In this document: positions 50,112 through 62,259 of the stretch, piece after piece
How the letters are laid out: each line of letters begins with the position of its first letter
Numbering within the stretch: the first letter of the stretch is position 1
Source of the DNA: Andalucia godoyi And28
Taxonomy: Eukaryota > Protista > Jakobida
Assembly (NCBI GenBank): GCA_009859145.1
Contig: VRVR01000042.1
Coordinates: 1-64,000 of the forward strand
Direction: 5' to 3'
DNA: 64,000 bases
Made by a program: the position numbers and the translations under genes
The notes under the pieces: generated by a model
Database searches by the model: none
The model's input: the letters and a program-made list of their open reading frames with translations, nothing else
Told to the model about the DNA's origin: nothing

Positions 50112-53100
50112 TCATCGCTTCTTTTCGAATCGCTTGAGCGAAGCGGAAAGATCGGCGTCGTTCAGAATCGTCTTTGAAATGTACTCGTTGTGTGCCGCAA
50201 TCTCGATTCGCTTCGATCGTTCTTTTTTCTCACCTTCCGATGTATCATCTTGCATCTTCACGCTGGCCGTCGGCGTGACCGTTCTTGCTCCCAGCTGCGG
50301 GGGTTGCACAGGTTTCGTCGCCTGTTCAAGAGGACCGTGACCATGGCCGTCAGGATGCGTTCGTGCGCTGAGCGACTGTGACGTCTGGAGGGTCTCTCGA
50401 ACGTTCTTGTCGTCTTCGTCTTCCGAAGATTCGTCGTAGTATGCATCCTTGTAGACACGCTTGATCCCAGCAGCCTCGTTCTGCTTCTTCTTGGCCTCGA
50501 CAATGGACGTCTTCTTCTCTGACTTGAGCAGCGAGCGAGCGAGTCGTCCGGTTTCCTCGGACCGCGAAATCTGCTTGTAGAAATAAGCTTCTTGGATGAG
50601 ATCGTGGTCGGCCCACTCGGCGTTTTGCGCGCCCTGTTCCGCAGACATTGAGCTCAGAATACCGGACAAGCTCTTCTCGAGGGACTGCAGTGCCTCGCGG
50701 TCCTCGGAAATCGGCTTGATGTTTGCGTATTTCAGCTCAAAAAAGATATCCTGCCACGTCTCTGCTTCTCGCAACACTACATACTTTTTGACGCGACGCA
50801 GCAAGAGAACCTCGGATCGGTCAAGAGACTCTTCCGGGAACCCAAGCATGCACAGCAGAGAATACAGCTTCAAACGAATCTTTTCAGCATCACGCTCCGC
50901 AACTTGCAATTCTTTGCTCGGCACCAGGTTCTCTGTTCCGCTGTTCTCACCACTTGGCATCGCAGATCCTGCCGCGTTCGAGTTCGTGTTCTTTTCCAAC
51001 ATCGCATCCGTCGAAAGCAGATGGCCCGCGTTGAGCTCGTCGACAACAACATCATCAAAGTCCTGCGCTGAGTCAAATTCCTCATCGTTGCGCTGTGCAA
51101 CGTCAATGAACACGAAATGGTCGTTGTTGCGACTCTTGCGATTCTCATTGCGATTGCCCGCCGACGTGCTAGCGGCGTCAGAGCCGTCCTCGTCAATGTC
51201 CGACGACGAAATCTGCGAGATTTCTTCATCCTCCACTTCACCACGTCTTCTGTTATTGGACGAGGATGGCGCAGTGACGGCGGCGGAAGGCTGCGGAACA
51301 AATGCTTCCGACTGGATGGTGACCGTTCGGCTTCGAGGTGTCTGAAGCTGCTCAAGCAGGTGGTTCACAAGCGCCTTTTGTCGAAGTCGTTGTTGGATCT
51401 TGTCGGGATTGGCTTCAAAGGTCCGCATCGGCACGCGTTTTTCCTGTGCAGTCCAGTGCGAAAGCAGAATTTGGACTGCGGTTCGCTTCGACAGCGGCGA
51501 CACCCACGATAGAATTCGGTCGCGGGCTGCCCGGACAACAAGATCCTTCTTCTGATCACCAACGACTGTGATAATGTCCGCCATAAACGACAAGACCACC
51601 CGCTGCACTGCGTCGACGGATGCCTCTAGTAATGTGCACAGTCTTCGAACACCATCTGCCGTGATGAACAATTCGCTCACATACGGATACATGCTCCAGC
51701 AGACATCGACAAGGAGAAGCAATACGTCGTTTTCTTCGATGCTGGTTGCAGGTCGAGGAGAAAGTCCATTCACAAGCGATCGGAAACACGCTTGAGGAAG
51801 CTGGCGCTTGAACAAATCCGATACTTCTTCTGGAAATGACTGAGAAACGGAGGATAATATAAGTGCGCATTCACGACGATCAGCAGAAATAATCGGCAGA
51901 TGTTCATCGGTTCGGAACCCTTGGTTCTGGAATGCCATCGGGAACAGTATCGGAAGGCATATTTCCTGCGCGAATGCAGAAAATGCCTCGTCCTCCGTAA
52001 CGACAAGTGCATAGCGCGATACCTCGGACGAGGCAATGGTGCGCAACAGAACAAGTGTGGCTGCAAACAGCGGTCGCGCTTCATCGGACGCAACGGCCCA
52101 CACGGACTGGATTGCCTTCACTGTGGATGGAATAATGCCAAGCTCGGTAAGGATCGATGCACCGGCCTTGTCGCAAAGAGTCGACATGTGCTTGAATGCC
52201 AAAAGCCTGAAAATCTGCGTAACGGCTGAAGAATAAGGGGCAATGGTATGTCTGGACACATCTGCAAACATGAGAAGCTCGGACAAAAACCCAGACGGCC
52301 CAATCACGTAAAACTGGCCATCCAAATCATGGCTCTGGGATCCAATAACAGTCAAAAACGACCAGCACCATTGTCGGAACTCCACGTCTTCGTTCGACGC
52401 AGACTGGGTGAACGGCTTCACCAAGACGTTTCGCGGGATCCCCGCTTTCGATGTCGACTGGTCTGACGTATCCGCCGCATCCTGCACCATCTCTGATGCG
52501 GCCTTGTCTTGAAATTCGGCAGATACACAGTGCACAGCAATCAAGTGCAGCGCCCCGATGTCGCGAAGATGGACGCATGCAGGCGGGTATCGCTCTGCAA
52601 GAACACAAAGCAACACCACGACATCATTTCGCAACTCCTTTTCCTGCACTCGGTACCCTTGGTCCAGCAGCCTTGCAAGCAGCTTCACGAGAACGTGACA
52701 CGAGTGCCAAGACCCGATGATTTCGCAAGCTCGCGGAACCCCGTCCAAGATCCTTGACACCACATCTAAACTCCAGAACAGAATCTGAGACTTAACATCA
52801 TGGTGCGCGACATCCAAATTGTCCACGAGCCGAGCGACTACTCCTGTCTCGCAAATCCGCTGTGCAACAGTAGCATTTCGAGACAGCTCGCCAATCAAAC
52901 GAACGACATTCACTCGCAACTTTTCCATTCCCTCCAACTGTCTTCCGCTAAAATTAAACTGCAGCGACGACGCAACGGACGATGCCGAGGCATTTGCAGA
53001 GTCACTTGCATCTGCGGATGGTCCTGTGAAGTTGTCGTTGGCGTTGGTGCTGTTCTTGGAGGCCGGAAATGACAAGGCAACCAAGAGAGCGCATGCATCT

Positions 53101-53885
53101 TCCGCAATATGCGAGTCGTGAAGTGCCGCCATAAGCAGCGTATCCGACGTCAGCACCCTCCCTACTCGCGAGTTTGCTGCAAACAGCGGCACTTGCTTTC
53201 CTGCCGTGGCTTTGATATTCAGCGTTGTGGTGAGCTGCAGCACAGCCGTCTCGTCCAGTGGACTTAGCTTTTCTCCGTCCGCAACACTCGTCGTCTTCGT
53301 CTTCGTCTTCGTCCCCGTACCCGTACCCGTACCCATCTTCCTTCTTGCTGTTGTCGTCAGTCCAATTCCCTTTTCCTCTTTGGAAAACACCTTTTCCGCC
53401 ATGGATTTGGCAGCATCGCACAGCTCGAGCAACACCAGCACAGTCTCAAGGACCAAGTCAAGCAGCAAGCTCTCCCGCGAAAGCACCGACACATCATAGG
53501 TGAACGCAAACAGAACTGACCCAACTACAGACAGCAAGTCCACAAACGCCGGGAAGACATGAAACGATTCAAACGCAGAACTCGACGCAGAAAGAGGCCT
53601 TCGAAGCAATCGTAAAAGCTTGATAAACGAAGGAACAAGCATCTTCACAGCACTGCGATTACTTCCGCCCTCCGACTCCCCGAGACTCGTGAGTTGCGTC
53701 TGGATGTTCGACAGCGTAATCGAGATAATATGCGACACGGTCTCAATATCCTTCGGATTCACTCCGCCTGTGAACTCTGCGTCCGAACACGCCTTCGACA
53801 GCGCCGCTGCATGTCGCTCAAACATCGATTGCGTATACTTGTTTGTGTACAGCTCAAGAAGCCCCGACCATCGCGCAGACGACAT
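50112..53885 (-). CDS. CFAP69: Cilia- and flagella-associated protein 69 (ARM repeats)
   Basis: ARM-like helices; KELRNDVVVL; WQDIFFELKYANIKPISEDREAL...EAYFYKQI resembles the CFAP69 C-terminal block. Confidence 0.75.
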   Translation of the reverse strand: MSSARWSGLLELYTNKYTQSMFERHAAALSKACSDAEFTGGVNPKDIETVSHIISITLSNIQTQLTSLGESEGGSNRSAVKMLVPSFIKLLRLLRRPLSASSSAFESFHVFPAFVDLLSVVGSVLFAFTYDVSVLSRESLLLDLVLETVLVLLELCDAAKSMAEKVFSKEEKGIGLTTTARRKMGTGTGTGTKTKTKTTSVADGEKLSPLDETAVLQLTTTLNIKATAGKQVPLFAANSRVGRVLTSDTLLMAALHDSHIAEDACALLVALSFPASKNSTNANDNFTGPSADASDSANASASSVASSLQFNFSGRQLEGMEKLRVNVVRLIGELSRNATVAQRICETGVVARLVDNLDVAHHDVKSQILFWSLDVVSRILDGVPRACEIIGSWHSCHVLVKLLARLLDQGYRVQEKELRNDVVVLLCVLAERYPPACVHLRDIGALHLIAVHCVSAEFQDKAASEMVQDAADTSDQSTSKAGIPRNVLVKPFTQSASNEDVEFRQWCWSFLTVIGSQSHDLDGQFYVIGPSGFLSELLMFADVSRHTIAPYSSAVTQIFRLLAFKHMSTLCDKAGASILTELGIIPSTVKAIQSVWAVASDEARPLFAATLVLLRTIASSEVSRYALVVTEDEAFSAFAQEICLPILFPMAFQNQGFRTDEHLPIISADRRECALILSSVSQSFPEEVSDLFKRQLPQACFRSLVNGLSPRPATSIEENDVLLLLVDVCWSMYPYVSELFITADGVRRLCTLLEASVDAVQRVVLSFMADIITVVGDQKKDLVVRAARDRILSWVSPLSKRTAVQILLSHWTAQEKRVPMRTFEANPDKIQQRLRQKALVNHLLEQLQTPRSRTVTIQSEAFVPQPSAAVTAPSSSNNRRRGEVEDEEISQISSSDIDEDGSDAASTSAGNRNENRKSRNNDHFVFIDVAQRNDEEFDSAQDFDDVVVDELNAGHLLSTDAMLEKNTNSNAAGSAMPSGENSGTENLVPSKELQVAERDAEKIRLKLYSLLCMLGFPEESLDRSEVLLLRRVKKYVVLREAETWQDIFFELKYANIKPISEDREALQSLEKSLSGILSSMSAEQGAQNAEWADHDLIQEAYFYKQISRSEETGRLARSLLKSEKKTSIVEAKKKQNEAAGIKRVYKDAYYDESSEDEDDKNVRETLQTSQSLSARTHPDGHGHGPLEQATKPVQPPQLGARTVTPTASVKMQDDTSEGEKKERSKRIEIAAHNEYISKTILNDADLSASLKRFEKKR

Positions 53886-54452
53886 CTTTTTTCCCGATAT
53901 TCGTTAACTATTATGACCAATCAACAAACAAATACAAATACAAACGCAAAAAATATCTATATGTGTGCATGAAAAATAATATATATAAAAACTAAAATGA
54001 AGAAAAACGGAATACAGACTTTTACAGCTCTTATTTTCATGTTTTTTTTCAAACGGCAAAGACGGAGGTGAGGCCCACTACAGTCGGTGCATCGTTTACG
54101 ACTGCGGATGCCGCTCGATGGTGCGGGAAGTGACGGTTCACTGAACAGTTCTACAAGATGTTCGACTCTGCAACGGGACGATGTCAGAAGTAGCCTTTCG
54201 TCGTTAGTAGTAGTACTTCGGGAAGGAAAAGACAAGACGGAAGGGAGGAGAGGGAATGGAAGGATTCGTTTTGTTTTGTTTTTCCTCCTTTTTCTTTCTT
54301 CTTTCTTCTTTCTTCTTTCTTCTTTCTTCTTGAATTTTATTGTTATTATTTTCATTTTTTCATAACGTATAAAAGAAGTCCAAGTTGCACTGCTTTGACA
54401 CTGGCATTGTTTTTCAACGACAAGAAGGAAAAAAAAGACGAGAAAGAAAAGA

Positions 54453-55409
54453 ATGTTGCGAAAGTTGACGATTGGAACGGAGCGGATGCTGCAGAAGATG
54501 GGTCGTCAGCATGGGTCTGAGACGCCGGAAGCGTTTGAGGATGCAAACGCAAAGTTCAAGGCGCTGTGCAGCCATTATGAGCAGGTTGCGAAAGTTGCCA
54601 AGAACTTTACGCTGTGTTCCGCAGATTACTCGGATGCGGGATACAAGTGGGCGGAGGCGATGCTCGAGTACGGCCGCACCTCTTCGACGGAACTTGGGGT
54701 GTGTCTTGTGAAGTTTGGGAACAAGCTCGAGTCGATCATGGAGCTTCAAAGCGGGCTGGAGAGTGCCGTAACAGACGAGGTTCTGAAGGCATCCACGCGG
54801 TTCTTGAAGGAAGACGCACCGAACGCCGCGCACTCAAAGTCGACGTACAAGCAGAACAAATACGAGTATGACAGAGTCCATGCGAGTCTCGAGAAGACGC
54901 GTGCCAAGCACGGGGCGTCGGATCCGAAAGTCCAGCTGGAAGAGCGCCGGGTCGAAGGAACCAAGAATGCTCTGGGCCTTGCGCTCGATGACGCGCTGAA
55001 GAACCTCAACCACGCGTGGGAAAAGGGCGACTACGAGTATCTCAAGAGCGTGTTGGCCGTCATGAAGGCGTTCGACAAGTACTTTACGCAAGGAACAGAC
55101 ATCATCCAGAGCATCCGGCCGTACATGGCCCAGCTCGAGGAGGCCGTCCAGCATGCCGAATCGTCCAGGTCCACGGGGGTAGCAGCAGCAGCGACAGGGT
55201 CGCCAGCAGCTTTAGCAACCGTGGACGGAACAGAACCAAGCGGTGGGAGCGCTCTCGTCAAGGAAAGTCCCGAGGCGTCACCGACCCATGCTCCACACTC
55301 CAGTCCAAACCCTCTGGTTCTCGGATCTGCAAACGGACCATCGCAAACTGGACACGGCCCAATCTCCGAGAACCTCTACTCGACAACGCCCCAAACCGCA
55401 GACGTGTAA
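54453..55409 (+). CDS. BAR-domain protein
   Basis: About 230-aa helical BAR-like region (KQNKYEYDR..LEK) followed by a disordered tail; no SH3. Confidence 0.8.
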   Translation: MLRKLTIGTERMLQKMGRQHGSETPEAFEDANAKFKALCSHYEQVAKVAKNFTLCSADYSDAGYKWAEAMLEYGRTSSTELGVCLVKFGNKLESIMELQSGLESAVTDEVLKASTRFLKEDAPNAAHSKSTYKQNKYEYDRVHASLEKTRAKHGASDPKVQLEERRVEGTKNALGLALDDALKNLNHAWEKGDYEYLKSVLAVMKAFDKYFTQGTDIIQSIRPYMAQLEEAVQHAESSRSTGVAAAATGSPAALATVDGTEPSGGSALVKESPEASPTHAPHSSPNPLVLGSANGPSQTGHGPISENLYSTTPQTADV

Positions 55410-55740
55410 TAATGATCCGATGCCGAAATCCGCCCACTGTAAAAATGTTCCGTGTTTGTATTTTGTATATCCTCTGTTTCTTCCTGTTTCGGAGAATTCC
55501 GTCGGCAGTTTTTCTTTTTATGGCAAAAAAAATGCGGATAAAATGGAGGGGATATTTATAAACTTTTCTTGAATCCCCGCCCTGTGTTTCCGACAGGTCT
55601 GATGCGTGATGCGTGATGAGTACGCGATGAGAAGGAGTCGTGGGTCATCCATCCAAAGATCACGAGGGAGTTTGTATAAGATTGTTTATTGAAAGAACAG
55701 CAGCACAGAATACTGAAAAGCGGGAAAGAGAGACAGAGAT

Positions 55741-58470
55741 ATGCAAAACGGAACAGGGCCGGCGAATGGGGATCGCGGCGAAGCGAAACGGCGCGGTGGG
55801 TTCGAAAGAATTCCAAGTGCTCCAACATCAATTGCTTCGCAGCTAAATGCTCTTCTACGAAAGCAGATTGTACTGCAGATGCGTCAGAAAAAGACGAACT
55901 GCCTGCAGATTATGTTTCCGTTGCTGCTGCTGATTTTTCTGTTGCTTGTGTCTTTGCTTTCAAAGAGTCTGACGGCAACCACAACAGACGATCTTCCCTA
56001 TCCGATTCCGATTCCCGGAGTGATCAGCAAGCTCAGCAGAACGGGATCCGTAGCTCCCATTTTCCCGTACGCGATCGGAAACTCTGCGATTTCGTCGAGC
56101 GCAGTTGCGGATTTTCTGGCCGGGTTTGTGCCGAATAACACATTCAGCAGCTTCGGGAAGGGCTATTTTCCAGGATATCCACCGTTTCAACAGTATCAAA
56201 GCAAGGCAGACGTGGACAAATACATGTATGATACGTTCGGGAATGGGGCGAATGTTGCATCGGGAATTCTCATCCAGGGGCTCAATGCATCGCAAGGACT
56301 GACCATCACGCTATACTATAACGGAACGGTCGAGGAGACCGGTGGACCAGTCGCAGGTGCGTCTCTATTGTTGGACGACGTCCCAGGACCTCTGTTTTCC
56401 TCCATGCGGTCATTCATGAAAATGTGCGGAGCGCTGCAAAATAAGCAGCTAAACTATGTGGTGCAGTATCAGAAACTACCGCAGAAGAGCCGGGACACCT
56501 ACTTCGATTTTGTGGTATTCGTGCAAACGATCTATTACACGTGGATTCTGCACTTCTTGATGCCTGTGTTTGTCGAAGCGATTGTGTTTGAAAAGGAGTA
56601 CAAACTGAGGAACATGATGAAGATGATGGGGCTGCGAGGGCATGTCTACTGGACGGTGCAGTACTTGTTTGACTGGATTCTGTACTTGCTGGACCTCGCC
56701 GTGTTGATCGTGTTTGGAATCATCTTGCAACTTCGCTTCTTTACAATGAACAACCCTGGGCTGTACATCCTGCTATTCCTCATCTGGGGATTTACCATGG
56801 TCGGCATGTCTCTGTTTGCGTCCACGCTCTTTCGAACAACGCGAGCGTCCACAATCGCCCTGTATTTCTATGTCCTCATCGCCGGCATTGCAGCCGAAGT
56901 GACCAACCAGATGCTCATGAGCGAGCCTGACACCTCTACGTTTTCACTCACGTTTCCATCCATCATCCCGACGTTTGCGCTGAACCGTGGACTGCGGTAC
57001 TTGTCGCTCGCATCTGCAGATCCGCTGCCCGGAATGACATTTGCCGATGCAAACGAAGGAGACAACAAGATGTGGGAAATCTACGGACTGCTCATTGGAG
57101 AAGGAGTCGTCTTGTACTTGCTCTTCTTTTTCATTGAGTACTGGCAGAAGATCGCAGTCTACCTTGGCATTGGTGCATATGCCCGGGCTTCAAAACTGGA
57201 GAAGCAGATCGCAGGAGACGCACATCTGAAGAGTATGGCTGAGCCGGCCGATGTGCGAGAAGAGCGCCTCAGAGTGGACCATATGATGGAGTACATGGGC
57301 CGCGGGTCGATGTTGTCTGCCGACGAAACGCAGATGGCTACGAAGGCCGACCAGGCCGCATCGCTGGATTCCGAGGCATTATCACCCTTGTCGTCCCCGA
57401 TGTCGAAGTCTTGTCATGCTGCCCACGCCACGGAAGAAGAGTTCCGAGGAGTGGTCATCCGAAACATGAACAGGCGGTACGTAACGGCGGATCATGAGGT
57501 GCAGGCGGTGGACAATGTATCGATGTTGATTCCTGAAAACAGCCTCATTGCGATGATTGGACATAACGGAGCTGGAAAGACGACGTTGATCTCCATACTG
57601 ACCGGGCTCATTCCGCCCACGTCTGGAGAAGCCTCAGTGGGCGGCTACGATATCGTTCAGGAAATGGATCACATTTACTCGTTTATGGGCATGTGTCCGC
57701 AGTTTGACACGCTTTGGCCTGACCAAACCGGTCGCGAGCATCTCTTGTTCTATGGCCGGCTCAAAGGACTCAAAGGAAAGCCGCTCATGCAAGCCGTGGA
57801 CAATGCGCTCAAGACGGTCAACCTGGTGGATTTCCAGCACACTCGGTCCAGTGGATACTCGGGAGGAATGCGCAGACGTCTGTCGGTTGCCATTGCAATG
57901 ATTGGAGACCCAAAAATCATCTTTCTTGACGAGCCAACTACGGGTCTCGATCCACATATGCGACGAGAAGTCTGGGATGCGATCCAGAACGCAAAGAAAG
58001 GGCGGTCGATGATTCTAACGACGCATTCCATGGAAGAAGCAGATGCTCTTTCAGACCGAATTGCCATTATGCATCACGGACGTCTCGTTGCGATCGGCCA
58101 CTCTGAAAAGCTCAAATCGTCTTTTGGAGCCGGTTATCGGCTTACGGTGTCTCTGGACAACTATGTGGAAAATGACCCAAAGATCAGGGCGTTCGTGTGT
58201 GAAAACTGGGCAGGTGCAAAATGCGTGGACTCTTTGAACGGGACATCGCACTTCAACATTCCGTACGCTTCAGTTCAGCTCCCAGACGTCTTTCGAAAAT
58301 TTGAGCAAGTTCGCGGAACCTACAGCATCAAAGACTGGGGTGTTTCGAAAACAACTCTTGAAGAAGTGTTCAGCATTCTCACGTCGAAAACGCACTCTTC
58401 CAGCCACCTCTTTTCTGCTCCAGAGGCCCAACCCGCGGTATCCTCTCCGAGTTCTGCTGCCGAGCCATAG
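55741..58470 (+). CDS. ABCA-subfamily half transporter
   Basis: LNALLRKQ, EKEYKLRNMMKMMGL, GHNGAGKTT, CPQFD, YSGGMRRRLSVA, LDEPTTGLD, TTHSMEEAD, TTLEEVF. Confidence 0.95.
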   Translation: MQNGTGPANGDRGEAKRRGGFERIPSAPTSIASQLNALLRKQIVLQMRQKKTNCLQIMFPLLLLIFLLLVSLLSKSLTATTTDDLPYPIPIPGVISKLSRTGSVAPIFPYAIGNSAISSSAVADFLAGFVPNNTFSSFGKGYFPGYPPFQQYQSKADVDKYMYDTFGNGANVASGILIQGLNASQGLTITLYYNGTVEETGGPVAGASLLLDDVPGPLFSSMRSFMKMCGALQNKQLNYVVQYQKLPQKSRDTYFDFVVFVQTIYYTWILHFLMPVFVEAIVFEKEYKLRNMMKMMGLRGHVYWTVQYLFDWILYLLDLAVLIVFGIILQLRFFTMNNPGLYILLFLIWGFTMVGMSLFASTLFRTTRASTIALYFYVLIAGIAAEVTNQMLMSEPDTSTFSLTFPSIIPTFALNRGLRYLSLASADPLPGMTFADANEGDNKMWEIYGLLIGEGVVLYLLFFFIEYWQKIAVYLGIGAYARASKLEKQIAGDAHLKSMAEPADVREERLRVDHMMEYMGRGSMLSADETQMATKADQAASLDSEALSPLSSPMSKSCHAAHATEEEFRGVVIRNMNRRYVTADHEVQAVDNVSMLIPENSLIAMIGHNGAGKTTLISILTGLIPPTSGEASVGGYDIVQEMDHIYSFMGMCPQFDTLWPDQTGREHLLFYGRLKGLKGKPLMQAVDNALKTVNLVDFQHTRSSGYSGGMRRRLSVAIAMIGDPKIIFLDEPTTGLDPHMRREVWDAIQNAKKGRSMILTTHSMEEADALSDRIAIMHHGRLVAIGHSEKLKSSFGAGYRLTVSLDNYVENDPKIRAFVCENWAGAKCVDSLNGTSHFNIPYASVQLPDVFRKFEQVRGTYSIKDWGVSKTTLEEVFSILTSKTHSSSHLFSAPEAQPAVSSPSSAAEP

Positions 58471-59185
58471 TTCACGGATTTGCAATTTTACATCACCGGT
58501 AGCACACATCACTCTTGTTCGGTTTGTGCGAGCACTCTCCACGTTCATTATTTGTTATTATATTTTTTTTCCCTGACACATTACTTGATCATAAAGCTCG
58601 AACAATGCTCCATACCTGGTGGGTGACTCGATGTTTGTTCTGCAGGTGTGAACCTTTCTTTTTGTTGCCACCTCCTCCCCCCTCCCCCCTCCCCACTTCA
58701 CAGACGAAGGATGCCGATGGTGTCGCAGTGTGTTGTCATTATCACACAACTAACCCATGTCGTCAATAAATGGGAGCTGCGACTGAATGCTGGCGAGTCT
58801 GCCCAATCCCGACAAAGATCGTGGATTTGCGAAAACGACAAAACCCACGATTTTTTAATCCGTACGCCAAGACATTCCCTTTCAACACAAAAGAAAAACG
58901 AATCCTCAAGCATCAACTTGATCCTTCCTCAATCATGCATTGTTTTTCCACAAAGTTCAAACGCTGACTTGAATCTTGCCTTGAAGTCTGTGCGTCGAAG
59001 TTCGTGTCTCCACTTTCTGCTATTGGTGTTCTTCCTCCTCCTTTTCTGTTTTTGTTTTGCTATTGATTTTTTGGCTTTACCTTCTTGAAGAAGAAAGAAA
59101 AAAATTGTTTTAATATTTTTTAATAATTAATTTGCTTTGACGTGGGCCGGTGTTCTGGGTTAATCAAGTATTGCTGGAGAAAAAA

Positions 59186-60616
59186 ATGGCAGCGGCTGAT
59201 GTGGACCCCAATCTGATGGAAGACACGAAGCCTGTGAATCCGCTTGATGAGGATGACATTGCGCTTCTGAAACACTATGGCCAAGGCCCGTACGGTATGA
59301 AGTGCAAGTCGATCGAGTCAGAGCTGTCGAAAAAAGTGAAGCATATCGGCGAGCTTATGGGAATCAAAGAGTCTGATACGGGACTCGCTCCGTTTTCACA
59401 GTGGGATCTGTCAGACGATCGTCGGTTGATGCAGGAAGAGCAACCTTTGCAGGTTGCGCGATGCACCAAGATTATCCATCCGCCATCATCGGCCACCACA
59501 GCGTCAACAGCAGCAGGTGCTGGCACGTCCACCTCTACCGGTGCGGCCTCTGCAAGTGCAAATGCCTCGGGCGCGAGTAGAAACGCAGCAAGTGGTGCTG
59601 TTCGAGATGGAAGCAGCATTTCGTTGAACAACGAGGATACGAAGTATTTGATCAACATCAAGCAGATGGCCAAGTTTGTTGTGGCGCTCTCTGAAAAGCT
59701 CGCGCCGACGGATGTGGAAGAAGGAATGCGCGTGGGCGTGGACCGTGGAAAGTATCAGATCCAGCTTCCTTTACCACCACGCATTGATCCGACGGTGACG
59801 ATGATGACTGTGGAGGAGAAGCCGGATGTGACGTACAACGATGTTGGAGGAGCGAAAGACCAGATTGAAAAGTTGCGAGAAGTCGTGGAGCTTCCTCTGC
59901 TTCATCCAGAGCGATTCGTAGAGCTTGGAATCGATCCACCAAAGGGCGTGTTGCTCTATGGGCCGCCAGGAACTGGAAAGACGTTGCTTGCAAGAGCTGT
60001 TGCAAACAGGACAGACGCGACGTTTATCAGGGTGATCGGTTCCGAACTGGTGCAAAAGTATGTCGGAGAGGGTGCGAGAATGGTGCGCGAGTTGTTCCAA
60101 ATGGCTCGGCAGAGAAAAGCGGCGGTCATCTTTTTCGATGAAGTGGATGCGATTGGTGGCACGCGTTTCGATGACGGTGCTGGAGGAGATAACGAAGTCC
60201 AGAGGACCATGTTGGAGATCATCAACCAGCTTGACGGCTTCGATGCACGAGGAAATATCAAGGTGCTGATGGCGACGAATCGGCCGGATACTCTTGATCC
60301 CGCATTGCTCCGACCGGGTCGATTGGACAGAAAGATTGAAGTGGGTCTGCCTGATCTTGAGGGGCGGTCCAGAATTTTCGCAATCCATGCAAAAACAATG
60401 AACTGTGAACGCGGCATCCGTTTCGAGCTGCTTGCTCGTTTGTGTCCCAATTGCACTGGAGCCGATATCCGGTCCGTGTGCACGGAAGCCGGCATGTTTG
60501 CCATCCGTGCGAGACGAAAGGTTGTCACCGAGCGCGACTTTCTGGACTCGGTCCAAAAGGTCATCAAGGGATACCAAAAGTTCTCTGCCACTCCAAAGTA
60601 CATGGTCTACAACTAA
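59186..60616 (+). CDS. PSMC2: 26S proteasome AAA-ATPase subunit RPT1
   Basis: [59 protein letters not shown]; ATG at 59186. Confidence 0.98.
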   Translation: MAAADVDPNLMEDTKPVNPLDEDDIALLKHYGQGPYGMKCKSIESELSKKVKHIGELMGIKESDTGLAPFSQWDLSDDRRLMQEEQPLQVARCTKIIHPPSSATTASTAAGAGTSTSTGAASASANASGASRNAASGAVRDGSSISLNNEDTKYLINIKQMAKFVVALSEKLAPTDVEEGMRVGVDRGKYQIQLPLPPRIDPTVTMMTVEEKPDVTYNDVGGAKDQIEKLREVVELPLLHPERFVELGIDPPKGVLLYGPPGTGKTLLARAVANRTDATFIRVIGSELVQKYVGEGARMVRELFQMARQRKAAVIFFDEVDAIGGTRFDDGAGGDNEVQRTMLEIINQLDGFDARGNIKVLMATNRPDTLDPALLRPGRLDRKIEVGLPDLEGRSRIFAIHAKTMNCERGIRFELLARLCPNCTGADIRSVCTEAGMFAIRARRKVVTERDFLDSVQKVIKGYQKFSATPKYMVYN

Positions 60617-60779
60617 CAGACCCCCCCTCCTCTCCTCTCGTCTGCTCTCCTGCCTTGCCCTGTTTTCTAGTCGTTGACATATATTGTGGTAAAAGCACGC
60701 CAGCATTAAATAATATTTACAATACAAACCATATCCATCAGAGGTAGAAGAAAGAAAAAGGACGGGGAGAGCCGTGACA

Positions 60780-61673
60780 TCATCTAGAAGACACGGTATC
60801 TCGGGACCTTCTCGATAGGCTCGCCGGTCGCCCACGCTCTGTCAGCGATCCGTCTTCCGCACCGTCCAGCTCGCCAGACTCTCCGTTCTTGTTCTTCTTG
60901 CGCTCATGGTTCGCAAGGAACTTGTCCGTGCGAGCCTTTTCTATATTCTGTGCCTGCTCAAGGCCCTTCCGGACGTTTGCGTACCGCAGCGCAATTCTCT
61001 TCATGTCCGCATCTCGCAGCTTGTACTGCTCTGCGCGACCGGCCTCGATGCGCTGCATCAGAACCTTGAGCTCCTGCTGCTGCCTCAGAATAAGCCGTTG
61101 CTCTCTCAGCACAAACGCTTTATCCTGGATATCCTGCCACTTTCCAAGCTCTTTTTTCTCCATCCGGTCTGCCTTGCCCTTCATCTTGGTCGCCTCCTCG
61201 TACTTCTCCTGCTTTGCAAGCGTCCGTTCAATCGCCCGGAGGTTCAAAAGCTGTTTGGAAAACTTGGGCTTTGCTGTCGCTGCTGCTTGGATCTCTTCAT
61301 GAAACTGCCGAAACTCCATCAAATGACGCTCCTTCATCGCGCTCTCAAGCTCCGAAGCATGCGACTCGTATTCCCCAAGTCGCTGGTCCCACATATCCCG
61401 AAACTGCTCAAACTCCTGAATATGCGCCTCATCGACTCCCCGGCGCTCCGCTGCCTGCCGCTGTCGAATCGAGTGCAACACTTCGCGTTCCTCCGCAACT
61501 TTCAGCTTCTCAAGAACAGTCTTTGCAAGCGACGCCTCTTCATACTGCGAATCCAAAACACACTTGGACCGGTACTCTTGAAGCAGCGAGATGTACTCGG
61601 AATAAGGTATCGACGACGGATCCCGCGTCGACGCCAGCTCGTCAATGATCCGCTGCACAAGCGAATCGGCCAT
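60780..61673 (-). CDS. Coiled-coil protein (297 aa), possibly ciliary
   Basis: Continuous heptads; UVR-like YEEA motifs (QYEEASLAK, KYEEATKMK). Confidence 0.85.
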   Translation of the reverse strand: MADSLVQRIIDELASTRDPSSIPYSEYISLLQEYRSKCVLDSQYEEASLAKTVLEKLKVAEEREVLHSIRQRQAAERRGVDEAHIQEFEQFRDMWDQRLGEYESHASELESAMKERHLMEFRQFHEEIQAAATAKPKFSKQLLNLRAIERTLAKQEKYEEATKMKGKADRMEKKELGKWQDIQDKAFVLREQRLILRQQQELKVLMQRIEAGRAEQYKLRDADMKRIALRYANVRKGLEQAQNIEKARTDKFLANHERKKNKNGESGELDGAEDGSLTERGRPASLSRRSRDTVSSR

Positions 61674-61880
61674 TTCCTGTTGCTTAAGAGAAAGAAGACG
61701 GAGGACAGGAAGAAGTGGCGAGCGAAAATATTATTATTATTATTGTTACTATTACGCGCAGTAAGCAGTAGCGACAATGGTCGGTAGCTATATAATAATA
61801 AAAATAATAATAATGGTATTTCGTAACGCTGTAAAAAACAAAACGATCATCCATCTAGGTTTTTCTATCCAACGGTTGAG

Positions 61881-62259
61881 GACCGTTTTGTGTATGAGCA
61901 TCAAACAACATCATATCGGAAAAGGTTTCTTATGCCGCCGCCCCTGTGGAGACGCGAGATTCCTACCGTAGTCCAGCCCAGACATTTTATTTTCTGTCTG
62001 TGTTTTTTTCATCATTGAACTCTCAAGCAGCACCTTTCATCAGAGACAAAACATCGCATGGCTCCAAAGAGGGATCTTCCCAGCCAACTCACATCGGCCA
62101 TGCTCGAAGATGCTGAGACCCAAGAAACCTGTTGATTCCCCCGTCTCGTCGGAGGCGGAGAGCAACAAGAAGAAGCGATGACCCTTTTGATGCAGAGCAA
62201 TCTGTCTTCGGTGGCAGCTTACCCGATGATGATGATCAATAGTGATTCATGTTTTTGGC
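61881..62259 (+). repeat. Dispersed repeat A, copy 3
   Basis: Near-identical to 35702-36141; contains MAPKRDLPSQLTSAMLEDAETQETC*. Confidence 0.95.

Noticed and set aside
59470-59635. About 45-aa Ala/Ser/Thr insertion in RPT1
   Set aside because: Budding-yeast Rpt1 has a low-complexity insert at the same loop, so it is not novel.
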